64,000 bases of DNA, from positions 37,324,001 to 37,388,000 of the forward strand of contig NC_045138.2 of the NCBI RefSeq assembly GCF_008831285.2, given 5' to 3'. The number at the start of each line of letters is the position of its first letter. The first letter of the stretch is position 1. The position numbers and the translations under genes were made by a program. The notes beneath the pieces were generated by a model, which was not told the origin of the DNA, did not search any database, and was given only the letters and a program-made list of their open reading frames with translations. Source of the DNA: Nymphaea colorata (taxonomy: Eukaryota). This document shows, piece after piece, positions 1 through 12,448 of this stretch.

Positions 1-267
1 GTTATTTAACGCAGCAATATCAGAACTTATTGACTACTTTTGTGCACATGGCAAAGGTACACGATCAAAGACAATTACATCTACAAAATGCAATTACATA
101 CCTCAAAATAAGGAGAAACTACATAACAATACATAATTTCTAGCACAGCCATAATATATGTACCCTAAGCCAAGCAGAATTGTCTCATAGCACATGTTTT
201 CACTTGATATGAAGTGTCCAACAGGACCATACAGTACATTCGGATGTCGATATCAGGTTTGTAGTGA

Positions 268-604
268 GTCGTCACAGAAAACGCATTTTAAAAAAAAAAA
301 AACGTTAAAAACGAAAAAAAAAAACGCGTTTTTAATGTGTTTTTAACACGTTTTTTTTCACTTTTTTCAATTGTTTTAACACCAAACAGTTTTCTTTTCA
401 TTTTCTATTTTTTATTTGTTGCAAATCTACTTATCTTGTGATGTTTGTGTTATTAATTTCTCACTTATTATTTTTCTCCCATTTTTAGTTTTTTTAAATT
501 TTTAAAAACTTACCATATTTTTCCCGTTTTTTTCAAGCTTGCCGTATTATACCCAAGAAAAACCTCGCCGTTTAAAACTCCAAGGCGTTATTTGGAAAGA
601 CAGC
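268..604. mobile_element. AT-rich MITE-like dispersed repeat, copy 1 (eIF3e intron)
   Basis: The reverse complement of ~360-600 aligns by eye with 11175-11390 (shared blocks aaaaatatggtaa, taataacacaaaca, taagtag..ttg.aacaaataaaaa, gtttg...ttaaaaca). Degenerate terminal inverted ends gtcgtcacagaaaacgc / gcgttatttggaaagac. Confidence 0.55.
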
Positions 605-1654
605 ATCAGTTCCGTACATAACTGAAAAAGTCTCCCGCTGAATGAGTTTCATCAATGACTTGAACTAATGATGACAGACAATGAAGCAGAAGTACTCAAA
701 GTCAAACAAGAAACGATGCAAATAGAAAAAGGCTGATGAAAACCATTTAAAAGGGCATAACAGAAAATCGCACCAAGCAGAGGAACAGAACTGACTTAAA
801 GCATGTCACAAGGACTTTCCATCTTGAGACCTGGATATGACACAGACACACACAGGCATATATCATATTGTACATTTAATAATAACTAAGGGATATACTG
901 AAATCCATTGCCACATCCGTGTTACAGCAAGAAAAGTGAATTTTAAGTCAGTTCTGGAATTGAGAAACAATGGAACAAAAAAACAAGTGGGAAATAAGAA
1001 AGTTGTAAATGAGACATTTAGATATTGATCTTTACTTCAACTAAGAAATATATGCAAGATATACTTTATTCCTAAATTATAATTTAAAAGATCATCAGTA
1101 ATTTAAACAGTACATCAGAATAACATTTGCAAGATCCACTTTATTCTTACATCCATTAACTCAGACTAGATAATAATTATTTATGTAATACAAATCTTAC
1201 AACATTTACATCTATAAAATAAAATTTAATAGCACTAATTCAAATAAATACAAAAAATAGATGACATCATCAACATGATTTCATTTAGAATTAGAAACAA
1301 CAAGGTATTGAAAATCACATTTTTCGTATAAACTATAAACAAATAATATTAGAATTTCAAAACCACAGCTACTGGTTTGGAGGCACGCAGGAAACATGAG
1401 AGAAAGCGCATGACAATCATGGGAACAACACCAGGAAAAACAGAAAGCAAGAAAGGAGATGTTAGATCATATGAAAAGCTAAAAAAGATGTGATTTTTGC
1501 CATGCTTTGGAACTGAGAAATAGCGGAATAGAAATTTAACCACCACAAGCACAAACACGATGTGAAAACGAGGACTAAAACATAGTTCAGATGGTAAGAA
1601 AATTAACCAACAATGCTGCATGAAAGTTAGAGGGCATCATAAATTCTCATATAC

Positions 1655-4128
1655 CTATCTTGGAAGAAAAGATCAATGATGCCATTTCTGCCATTTTCGT
1701 GGTTAAAGAAAATAAAGAGACTCCAATGCATCAACCAGGTTCTGTTTTGCAGTTGTATGAGTGGAGATGAAAAGCTCTACATAAGAGGATTAGAGCCTGT
1801 AAGGAGTCTTGAAACAGAATTGAAAACTAGTTAACTCAAAAGCAAGGCACAAACCTTGGAATCTATTATCTCCTTTAACCGATTAAGCTCTTCAAGAGCT
1901 ACATCCCAGTTTTGCATCAGTATCTCTGCCGCAAGTTTTCCCCATAATGCACTCAAGCTTCTATCACTATTCGTGCACAGGGCACGGTACTGATATAAAA
2001 AGTCTGCTGCACCAGAGTAGTTTCCGCATTCAAATTGGAACTTAGCATACTGATATAAGGCTTCAATCTGGTCTGGACCAATCTGCTCAAAATGGCAATC
2101 TAATTTCAGTGGTCAATGGATAAGGCTAACAAAAGGCAAAAGCATTTAAAAATTTTACGGTCATATAGAATATATATATATATATATATATAGTACACCC
2201 TTGTTGAATTTGGCAAATGCGTGCAGGCACATTAGAGCGTGTCTGCACGGTGGAGGAGAACATCAGATATAGATCTTCTTTCTCGACCATATATTCCCTA
2301 TTCAAATGTGGACACTGCATGGCATCTTCCACTCCAAACTATGTTAAAAAAGCATTTTTTTCCCAAAATTTTTGTCACACCATTGGAAGTGAAACAGATA
2401 TGAAGAAAGAAATGTCTCAAGGTCCTCTTGGAGATGTTTTCCTCCATGATATGAAAAACATTCCACTTTTTATGAGACAAGTCCAAACTACCATCAAAGC
2501 GCAGAAAGAAGCTCGTAACAGAAAATCAAGCTAACATGAGAGTCCAGGGAAACTTTGTAATTGAACCTGGGAACCTTATGATGAACCAAGTATATAACAG
2601 GATGATGTTTACCACAGTTCATACCGCTCAAGCTACACATCCCATAGTTGTAAAATGTAAACAATGTTCATTGAGAATGAAAAGATGGCACACATGACTG
2701 AATACAACAATGCAACTATCTCCAACCCAAAAAATATTACCAGTCCCAGAGTGACTCGTTTTTTTCAAGGATGCTACTGGCAGAGATCATTAACTTTATT
2801 CCTAGCAAGTTGCAGCTAAGACCCTTGTACCAACATTGTATAGGAGATAAGAGTAACGGTAAAATGAAACAGAACAATGCTCTCTTATACAATAAGCTAA
2901 GAACTCCAACTCTTTTGCTTGGTGTAGATAGGCCTTTGCAAATTTGAGGTAGAGACTGTAGATTACAATATCTTGGCAATATAATTTTCAATTCTTTGAA
3001 CAACCAAACGTGTTCCAGGGTCCGGCTTAATATCTTGGAGTACACAATCTGATCTCTCAAGCCAACATTATGCCACTCTATGAATAAAGCATACAAAAAG
3101 ACTTACAAAATAATATTATTGACTTTTGCACCTGATAGCGATCGTTCAACATTTGAAGATTGTATTGTTTATCAGGGCGGAGATCCTGAACTAGGGAAGC
3201 ATTCTGGAGAAATGATATAAGGGGTGCAGCAGCTTCCTCCAGGGACTTCAATCTGGAAACAACTTCAGCGCGCCTGTCAAGCATATCTGTTCTTCAGCAA
3301 ATAAATTATATGAATGATTAGTTACAGAAGACATGCAATTAAGCAAAATTATATTCATTATACTGTCAATGGGACACAGCGTCACAGTAATAATGGGCAA
3401 TTTTTACACAACCAAAAGAGCACGGAAATTAACAGATCAACGAAACAAGTAACAATCAAATACAAATTGTGCACCGGCCGACAAATCACTAACCCAAGGC
3501 AGCATAATTCGAAACAATAAGCCATTCCAGTTCCTAGATGAACCAAGCTCAAAGACCATGGACATTAACACGACAAACCCCGGGAAGAGAAACGCGATAA
3601 GACCCACAACGAAAAGCTAAAGAAGGAGACAACCAAAGAAATTACAGGAAAACAATAAAACATCAAGATCAAGACATATTTAACATAGTGCACACACAAA
3701 ATAAGAAACCGAAACGAGTTTCAGGGAAAAACAGATCCAACAAAGTAACGTAATCCTAAAGAAACCAGAACATGCATCTATCACGTAAAAAGGGTAAGAC
3801 ACAAAAACAAACAAACGGTATAAAAAACAGACGAACTAAACAACAAAGCAAGAGATCGAACTAGCAGGGAAAAACGAGGAGAAGAAGAAGAGGAAGAGGA
3901 GAAGGACAAGAAGAACGGACCCTGAGGGACTGTCTCAGTATGGTGAAGGCTCCTGTGTATGTCGATGGCGTAGTCGACCATGTTGGTCTTGCTGAGGAGG
4001 TCGGTCTTCGCCTTGAGTATCTCTTCGTCCGCGTATAGCTGCCTCTCCTGCAGGAACTCCAGCAACGGGAAGACCAAATGCCGGTCAAGGTGCAGGGCGA
4101 TCCGCGACGTCAGGTCGTAATTCGGCAT
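1655..4128 (-). CDS. eIF3e: Eukaryotic translation initiation factor 3 subunit E (INT6), 5' part; gene continues beyond the left edge
   Basis: Exons 4128-3921, 3286-3132, 2082-1855, 1776-1655, all GT-AG and phase-consistent. Translation [27 protein letters not shown]...NMVDYA...[32 protein letters not shown]...[17 protein letters not shown]...[15 protein letters not shown] carries the canonical eIF3e motifs. No further exon was found between 1 and 1654. Confidence 0.97.
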
Positions 4129-4284
4129 CGTGATGACTCTTCCTTTCTTCCCCTCCCTCGATAAACCCCAGAAATTGCAGGCAATCGAAACCGACCCTCC
4201 GAGAAGAAAAAGGAAATAGATCTCACAATCTCCGGGACGAATGAATCCGGAGGAGAGACGAGCCGGCTTCTTCCCTCCCTCCCA

Positions 4285-4371
4285 AAACCCTAGAAATCTG
4301 GAGACGACGAGAGAGGGGAGGGATAACGAGAGGAGGGCGCTTTACCTCTTCCCTCCAGAAGAAAACCCTAG
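4285..4371. promoter_or_regulatory. Two telo-box-like motifs (AAACCCTAG) upstream of eIF3e
   Basis: AAACCCTAG at 4285-4293 and 4363-4371. Telo-boxes are typical of plant translation-machinery genes. Confidence 0.55.
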
Positions 4372-7300
4372 GAAGCCTTCTGTCCGCCTACGGTTCGGAT
4401 CCCTTGTGTGTTTATACTTGGCGCGTTTCATCGAGCCCTTGGGTTGTGCTCCGAGTTTGGACTCCTCTAACGGCACTCACCGGGTCAGACTTATCTCCCT
4501 CAGGAGGGTCCATCTTGTTCTCGGACACATCCTGTTCTTCCAAACACTTCCTTACATATCTACGTTCTTTTGCAAAAAATTAATATAATTATATCTTTAC
4601 TAACAAATTTATGAATAGTATCTATAAAATATATCATGTTATAAAACATAATATGTTTATTTTAAAAATATTTATATTTGTAAAACACAATGTTCTTGCG
4701 TTTTATGAACAGTTCATAGTCCTTGTGTTTACTGTTTGCGTGTGCCCTCAGGGTTGCAGCGGAACACCCCGCAGGCGTCTGCTCCGCGTCACAAGCGAGA
4801 TTAGCAAATGTCCTCACTTTCGGATCCGGTTTAGATCGGTCGGGTTTGCGGCCAAATCTCACCTTCGGGCTTCGGGCCGTTCGTTTCCATCCTTTTTCTT
4901 TTCTCTTGTTTTCTGTTTTTTCTTTTTTACTTGCTCTCTTTTAGTGTTTCATACAACTATTCTCCTCACCTTAATATTAATATTAATTTATTTATGTTAA
5001 AAAATACAGAAAACTGTCTCAAAATTTTGTTTAATTTCAGAAAAAACTGCTTTCAATATAAAACCCACAAAATTATATCCTTAAACCTCTAATTTGTTTT
5101 GGAGCTTAGGTGAACATATGTATGATGCATTCTTCAACTTGGTGTTGCGCTTGCTGCCGTTTGTAGTTCAGATGAGTAACACACTGAAAAATGAATGACG
5201 ACTACCATAGAATAGAATTAGAACCTTGGATTCTTGAGTGTGTTGCCACTTGATTGCACTATGCCTCTTAAAGATTAGTGCCATTTAGTTTATAGACAGT
5301 GAAGACCTCTCAAATATTTAGATAAGTCAAAATATGTATGAGAAATGTGAATCTGTCATCATCACTGAAGAAAAAAACAAAGGAAAAGAAAACAATATAC
5401 CCAAAACATATATTCTACCATTAGAAAAACCTTTGTTTTTTGCGATTGAATGCAAATGAAAGGGTATGTTGAACAAGCTGTCTGAGAAAAATGGCAGCCT
5501 CTTTTCGTTCATCCCTTTCATTTCATCCTTTTAACCTGTAGACTCACGCCATGACCATGTCTTTTACTGCGTTCAACTGGTTTGGATCTGAACGAGTTGA
5601 ATTTGTACACGGTTGTTGACCTCCTCCTCACCTGAATGATGTCAAGTGCTCGGGATCCTTTCTAGTGCAAACCCTTTTGAAATTTTGATTTCTTGTTAAA
5701 AGAATTCAACAAAGTACAATTCGTATTACAAAGTGGTGCATGCATTGTAACATATGTGCAACGATCTTTTCTTGTTATTGTTGCTTTAGTTGCTTCCTTT
5801 CCACACTTTCTTCAGAAGCTTTCAGGCTTCACACGTTAAAATCACCGATTGAATGCTCACTTCATGATTCACCGATTGAATGCTCACACGCTAACCCCCC
5901 ACATGAGCTCCAGTTGACAAAACTTTCCAAGGAAACCATTTCGGAATCTGCGATTCAAAAGAAGCCTTAATTTGACTTTCTTTTTCTTTAATCTTCCTCC
6001 TTGTCTTGATAATCATGTGGTTCAAAGCCCTATGTTCTTTGATACCAACAGGAGAGATACCACAAACTTTAGCAAGAAAACAACTTTATTGTGACGCTGG
6101 AGTAATCCTATTACTGGCGCTGTGTGCCCGAGTCAGTGTAGGGATGTCAATCTATCAACCTTGAGATTAGATAACACATGAAATTGTTTCAAAAAAGTCA
6201 TACATGAAAAAATAACATCCAATTAAAATATCAGATTGGATTCAGGCTTATCGATTGGATTCAAATTGGAATTTGGTTTGAAATAAGGGCTTTCGCCGGT
6301 GGTCATTCGCCGCCGGAGAAGCTGATTCCGTCGGTGGGCATCGGCGCATGCCCACTGTTTGAGATCATAAAAGTTTTTGAGCTCCATATCTGTCTGACTC
6401 ATAACCAATGTGATTACGTATAAATTAATGTTGAATCTTATGTTAATTGGATATCTATTTAGCACTAAGAAACAATGTTTGAATAATGGAGCTAAGATGA
6501 ATTAACTAAAGGTTGGATCGATAAACGGGACTCTGAACGGTTTACATCCAGGGCGAAGGTTTTACGAGACAAGATTCAACTAAGGCAAGTTCATACCTCA
6601 TAAATAAGTTGCGTGATCATTCACGAAAGCAATTGTAGAACACCGCTCATTTTATTATTTAAGTTATTGATATGGAATGGAAATCACAGTTAGTAACTAG
6701 TTTCTTCTATCCGCTAGTGGCAAATAACTGTACTTTAATGTTTCGTATTTGTATGCTATGCAACAAGATATTTTAATTATATCAAGTTGATGTCACAACT
6801 TATCATAAATACGCTTAGAAAACAAAGATCAACAGTGCCCTTTGTTGAACCTGATAGATACCAGTTGAACATACATGAATGCAAAAAAAAAAAGAAAAGG
6901 CCAAGCTCAATTTATTGTAGCCAGGTTAATCACTCAAGTAAAATAATGTACGGTTGTCTTATATTGATTTGTTTTAGTTATGCATTTGATATTACAAATA
7001 TATTTAAAAGGAAAAAAAGAAAAAAAAATAGAGTTAAAATTTCTACCATCAAATTTATTCATAAGTTTCATTTCCTAGCCATTTTTCTCGGTATTGCCAA
7101 ATGGGCCAAGTGGAAAGTCTCTCGGGATCACAAGAAAGAGAGAAGCTGACATATGAAGAAGATCCATAAAACGTATGCTCGTTGGTTACTTGCACATGCA
7201 TTGTCAAGTGTTTGACTATCGAGTAAATGATTTTTTTTTTTCACACTTTTATTGATACAGATAAATGAAATTAATAATTATGCCATTATTGTCAACGAAA

Positions 7301-7622
7301 AATTCAATTATTATTAGAATGACATCATTTCCATTGGGTTGCTTCTTGCTAGAATTTGGTGATGTGGATAACTGTATATATACGACCCATACCTATGAAA
7401 AATCGTGGGCATAGATTTGATAGAACTTTTCGAAGAGAAAAAAAATATTTATATCTGACTGAGAAAGTATAACGCAAATGTTGGTGGGTTTAAAGGCTTA
7501 AAGATGGATTTATCAAAGAGAAGAAAAAAAATGAAACTGAAGTTTGAAATCATGGAAAGGGGGATTTGTACTTGAAGTGTGACTTGTAATGCGTGCTTTC
7601 ACCCCAAGATGGAAACATCCAT

Positions 7623-8070
7623 CATCACATGCGCAACTTTTTTAATGGGCAACATATATATCTGGCATTATGTCTTGATCAATCTTACGAGAGACGCGCC
7701 AACCGGCCTATCCAAGGACAGAAATGACTTGGAAACATCCACTACATGGGCAATCTTTATATATCAATAACATATATTTTCCCCAACATATGCCAATAAC
7801 ATATTTATTTTATATCGGCCCTAACTACTATTCAAGTTATCAAACTTGTAAGAGAAGCGCAACTTATACACACACTCACACACTTCTCTTACAAGTTTGA
7901 TATCTTAATTAGGAGCTATATATATATGTTAATGATAAATAAAGACTGTGCATGTAATGGATGTTTCCAAGGATAGGCAGGTTGGTGCTTCTCTAGTAAG
8001 TTTGATCACTTGATCAGGACTTAAGGCCAGACATACATGTTGCCCATTAAAAAAGGTAGCACATGTGATG
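7623..8070. repeat. Nested foldback: ~120-125 bp imperfect outer arms plus a perfect 20-bp inner inverted repeat
   Basis: Outer arms 7623-7748 and 7951-8070 are reverse complements with indels. Inner TATCAAACTTGTAAGAGAAG (7838-7857) pairs perfectly with CTTCTCTTACAAGTTTGATA (7883-7902). Confidence 0.85.
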
Positions 8071-8146
8071 TATGTGTATATATATGCTTATGTATATATA
8101 TGAGGCCCTAACTTCTACCCAGGTCATCAAACTTGTAAGAGAAGTG

Positions 8147-8148
<2 letters not shown>

Positions 8149-8205
<57 letters not shown>
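8149..8205. repeat. (AT)n microsatellite
   Basis: Uninterrupted AT run of ~28 units. Confidence 0.95.
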
Positions 8206-8210
<5 letters not shown>

Positions 8211-8481
8211 CATGAGGCCATAAGTCCTAATCATGTATCAATCTATTAATCAGGTCCAGCTCAAGTAATCAAGTTTTGTTTATTTTAGATTTGGTGATTA
8301 GTTCACTGGTTAATGAGGTCCTATGTCCTAACAAGTATCAATTTTTTATTAGTCGGGCCATAAGTCCAACTCAAGCAATCAGTTTGATTCAGATTTGGTG
8401 CAGGTCGACATCGGGTGTCCAAGCAGGTATTGGTTGTCCCGGATTCAACCCGCATTCATCCGGGGGTGACGGTCCCTTGCC

Positions 8482-8488
8482 TATAAAA
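8482..8488 (+). promoter_or_regulatory. Probable TATA box of alpha-CA copy 1
   Basis: CCTATAAAAGG, with the TATAAAA starting 46 nt upstream of the ATG. Equivalent TATAAAA motifs lie at 14277 (copy 2) and 19402 (copy 3). Confidence 0.6.
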
Positions 8489-8527
8489 GGAATCCGGCTC
8501 TAAGACACAGAGGAAAAACAAGACGAA

Positions 8528-10249
8528 ATGGCAGCGAACTCAAACTTCATCCTTCTCACCTCCTTCCTCCTTTTTGCTTTTCTCTCGTTTCCGTCCATCA
8601 TCTGTGGTAATCTCTCTCTCTCTCTCTCCGCCATGTTTCTTTCATTTCTTTGCTTGACATATGACCAAACTTTTCTGAGAACGATGAACAGAGGAAGAAT
8701 TTGACTATGAAGAAGGGAGCAGCAGAGGGCCAGAGCACTGGGGACAGCTCAATTACCCGAAATGGAAAACCTGTGGAGATGGAAAAATGCAGTCCCCCAT
8801 TGATATTCAAAGGCAGAACGTCACAGTTTTTCCAAAGATGAAGGCACTGACAAGAAAATACAAGGCAGCCCATGCTGTTCTGAAGAACAGAGGCCATGAT
8901 ATCATGGTAAGGTTCGACCTTACTTGAATCTTCCCCTTTCTTTTTCCCCATACTCGTCTGAGCACACTGTGATGCTAAATTCAGACTAGAATTAATCTTC
9001 GTCTCTTGAACTGTTCCGTTTTTTAGCAACTGCTCTAATCTCGTGCCAACGCCTTTGTTTCTAATTGCAAGATACTGGTGCTTTGTAGATTCTGGGCCAT
9101 GCATATGCTTCTGATAAATGATCTTAGTACCATTTTACATTGCTAAGTAAAAGGACCAAGTCCCGTGTTATCCGTCTGCAGTTTTTTTCCCCTTATTACA
9201 CGGAAACTGCACCAGACAATGAGACTTAGTCGCTTTTCCCGTGACTCAAAATCTCATGGATGCCCTTATGTCCCGGAGAAGTCTCCTCTTTTAGAAAGAG
9301 GATCGAGTAATCAAATTACGCTAACCTGTGTAGGTGGCGGATCTTAGAGGGCGTTTCATTGGTAGCTGAAATAATGCGCTCCTTGAACTTAGTAATCCGA
9401 TAGAAAATGTAGTACACCAAGAACTGGACAGAAGAACACCGAATACAATCCTTTTAAGAACGTAAGAAAATTTGATGGGACGCGCAAATTGTTAGAGAAA
9501 AAAAATCTCTTCCTATGGCGTTTCTAGTAAGCAGAGGAACACTTTATACTATTGTTTCATTGTTTCATTAAGAGTTGAAGCCCTCACCCGTCTCTGCATC
9601 TTTTCATCCCTTTTTCACAACTTTACAACAGTTTGAAATTGAAATGAAAAGTGACCACCTATCATGCTCCGTCTTCTCTATTGCAAGAACCTGTTGGAGG
9701 TTCTCTATAGCGTCGCACTTAACATGCCACATCCAAAGTCTTGAGCATGATTAAACCCACCATAAAGTGGATAAGACTTGAGAAAACGGCATGTCCCATA
9801 CGATTGGCAATGAATGACAAGAGTGAAAGCTGATTAAATAACATAATGTACCATAATTAACACAAAATTGAATGAAGAGAATAAAGAAATTGTATTTCAT
9901 TGTGTTTCTACGCATCATTTACAAGGTATATATATAGAAACTATTAGATAAGAATCAAGAAAAGATCATATCTCTGATTTTTGCTCTTATAAGATTATCA
10001 TTCCTAATTGGTTGCGGTTTCTGAATCTGCAACTTCTAACAACTCATCCTCTTGATTTTGGGGGATCTTGATACCTTGATTTTGAGCAATTTCTGATTCC
10101 TTGATTTTGGGCAATCTTCTTCAACCGTTACAGGGAGTAACGTTCTAAAAGAAAACAAAAAACTCAGGTATTGTTCTTCCGCAAGATTTCCTCTTATTGG
10201 CCTTCTGAAGCATCATGCGTCTCAGAGATTGATAGAACATATACAGTAA

Positions 10250-10297
<48 letters not shown>

Positions 10298-12448
10298 CTT
10301 CAAATTATAACGATGGTAGTTGCAGGTTAAGAGATCGAAGCAAACTTAAGATAGTAGGTGTAAAAATGGATCTGAACGGACGACTGTCGATGTGCCATGG
10401 TGCAGGTTGAATGGACGGAAGATGCAGGCTACATTTCTATCGGAAGAACCAAGTATTTCTTGAACCAGTCTCATTGGCACACACCTTCCGAGCATCACTT
10501 GGACAATAGAAGGTATATGGAGGTTCAGTGGTGGACGCTTAATTTGCCTCATAAGGATCAAGAGTCTTCATCGAGGGAAATAATATTGTTTTCATGATAA
10601 GCATTTTTTGTCTGGTTTTCTAGCTATGACATGGAGATGCACATGGTGCATAAGAGCAAAGATGGAAAGATAGCGGTGATTGGCATTCTCTACAGAATAG
10701 GTCATCGCGGAGATAAATTTATCCGGGAGGTAAACTTCAACAACTACTGCACGGGACTGGCAAAGAAAAAAAAGAATAGTTCTTAACTCTTTCTTTTTTT
10801 TAGGAGAATAATTTTTTTCCTTGAATATTTATTGCAGTTGATGAACAAGATATTTTATCTAGCAGTAAACCGGAACCGGATTAAGTCGGTAGACTTAGGG
10901 TTGGTGGATCCAAAGCACGCCGGAATCGGGCGCGGTGGCAACTATTACAGGTACAATGGCTCCCTCACGACGCCAGCTTGTGACGAGGGTGTTCTCTGGA
11001 CCGTCATGCAAGACGTAAGTCCTTCTCCCCTTTGCTTTGTTGCTTTTACGTATGCATGGATTCGTGGAGCTAAGTTCCGTCGTGGACGTAGATCGTGACA
11101 TTTTGGGGTTGGGAGTGGCTTCCCAAAGATACCATTTATGCACCCGAAAAAGTTGATGAATTTATATGTATGCAGTGTCATCACAGAAAATCTTTTTTGG
11201 GTTTTCAAGGGTGAGGTTTTTCCTCAACATAATTATACAAAAAATATGGTAAATTTTTAATTTTTTTTTTAAAAGTGAAAAACTAATAACACAAACAATA
11301 AGTAGTTTTTGTAACAAATAAAAATTAAAAAAATGGAAAAAAACAGTTTGACATTAAAACAGTGTCAAAAAATGAATAAAATAAAAAAAGTTTCTCACCT
11401 TTCGTCATTTGTTCTTTGTTTCCTTCATTTTGTTTTATTAAGCATTAACCTTGGTTGCTTTACATTGACAGGTTCATAATGTGGCTCGCTATCAAATTCG
11501 TGCCCTACACATGGCAGTCGATCCCGTGAGTGCTCCTTTCACTTTTTAATATTTACTTTTCATAATTTTCATTTATATTTGGGTTTTTTAATGTATGTAA
11601 ACATTTTTTAATGTATGCAAATATTTTTAATGTATGTAAACTTTTTTTTTTTTTTTAAGGGTGAGTGGTTCATTCCACCGCCTTAAGAGAGGCCACCGGC
11701 CTCCCCTCGTCACTCTCCCCCCTAGGTTCTGAGCTTACTTTGGGCCCTTTTACGGGCCAGGGACTGAAGCGCGTCTGGAGCAGGTAGGTGATGCCCAAGG
11801 ACTTGACTCGAGTTCTTAGCGGACAGAGCACTTCCCCCGCCCCCAGTGCACTACAACCCCTTGGAGTATGTAAACTTCTTTGGAAATTTCCTTTCCAAAG
11901 AAGTGGAGGAAATTCAGGCCATTAAAAGTTACTAGATTAACAATATCCAAAGAAATGGAGGAAATTCAGGCCATTAAAATTTACTACATTAACAATATTA
12001 TTCTAAGTGGAAAAGCAATTAAGAGGAACCTATTTCCTCAAAAAACTGATTGAGAAAAAAAAAAATGCAAACAAGGGCAATTAGTAGAGCCGATGATGCT
12101 TTCCATGTTTCTCAAAAATTTTGCTGACCACAAACTTTGGAATAACATAAACATGCATGTAAAGAATTATTGAATGATATAAAATTCTCAAAGTATATAT
12201 ACTGAAACAAGTTAAAAAAAAAAATGCTGCTATGTGCCAAGATATTGTTGACATCTGATACTGTTGTGGTCTTATCGCTTCACTTTCATTTGATTCTAAG
12301 TTCGAGCGAACCTACAGGGTTAGGTTTATTGGTTGCTTGTCTTAACTTGGGTCTTTTGTGGACGCAGGGATTTGAACGCAACGCCAGACCTATCCAGCCC
12401 ACTAATGGCAGAAAGATTTGGTTGTACAAGCAGCGGCCATCTCAGTAA
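8528..12448 (+). CDS. Alpha carbonic anhydrase, tandem copy 1 (secreted, ~272 aa)
   Basis: 7 exons: 8528-8606, 8692-8906, 10406-10512, 10624-10729, 10838-11014, 11472-11525, 12368-12448. Signal-peptide-like N-terminus. Motifs GPEHW, QSPIDI, NRGHDI, QSHWHTPSEH, EMHMVH, YYRYNGSLTTPACDEGVLW and NARPIQP, including the three Zn-binding His. Confidence 0.95.
10250..10296. repeat. Compound (GC)n(GA)n microsatellite
   Basis: gcgcgcgcgcgcg directly followed by ~17 GA units in intron 2 of CA copy 1. Confidence 0.9.
11175..11390. mobile_element. MITE-like dispersed repeat, copy 2 (truncated, inverted relative to copy 1)
   Basis: Begins gtgtcatcacagaaaa, like the left end of copy 1, then follows the reverse complement of copy 1's right half. 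Confidence 0.5.
11644..11865 (-). mobile_element. tRNA-derived SINE in intron 6 of CA copy 1
   Basis: GC-rich ~220-bp island. Minus strand has an A-box-like TAGTGCACTGG (11853-11843), a B-box-like GAGTCAAGTCC (11809-11799) and a 3' poly(A) (T run ending 11656). Exact 12-bp target-site duplication GTATGTAAACTT at 11632-11643 and 11866-11877. Confidence 0.85.
11894..11998. repeat. 52-bp tandem duplication
   Basis: TCCAAAGAA[G/A]TGGAGGAAATTCAGGCCATTAAAA[G/T]TTACTA[G/C]ATTAACAATA, two copies (starts 11894 and 11946). Confidence 0.9.

Noticed and set aside
5560..6090. Possible Copia remnant: PBS-like TGGTATCAAAG on the minus strand (6047-6037)
   Set aside because: Imperfect primer-binding site, no adjacent LTR-terminal CA, no paired LTR and no recognisable gag/pol translation.
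8598..9104. Minus-strand ORFs over CA exons (also 14748-15224 and 24104-24505)
   Set aside because: Antisense to bona fide CA exons; their mutual similarity merely reflects CA paralogy.
9840..10125. LTR-like fragment in CA copy 1 intron 2 (purine tract + TGTTAG on the minus strand near 10041)
   Set aside because: The other LTR boundary and a target-site duplication could not be identified.
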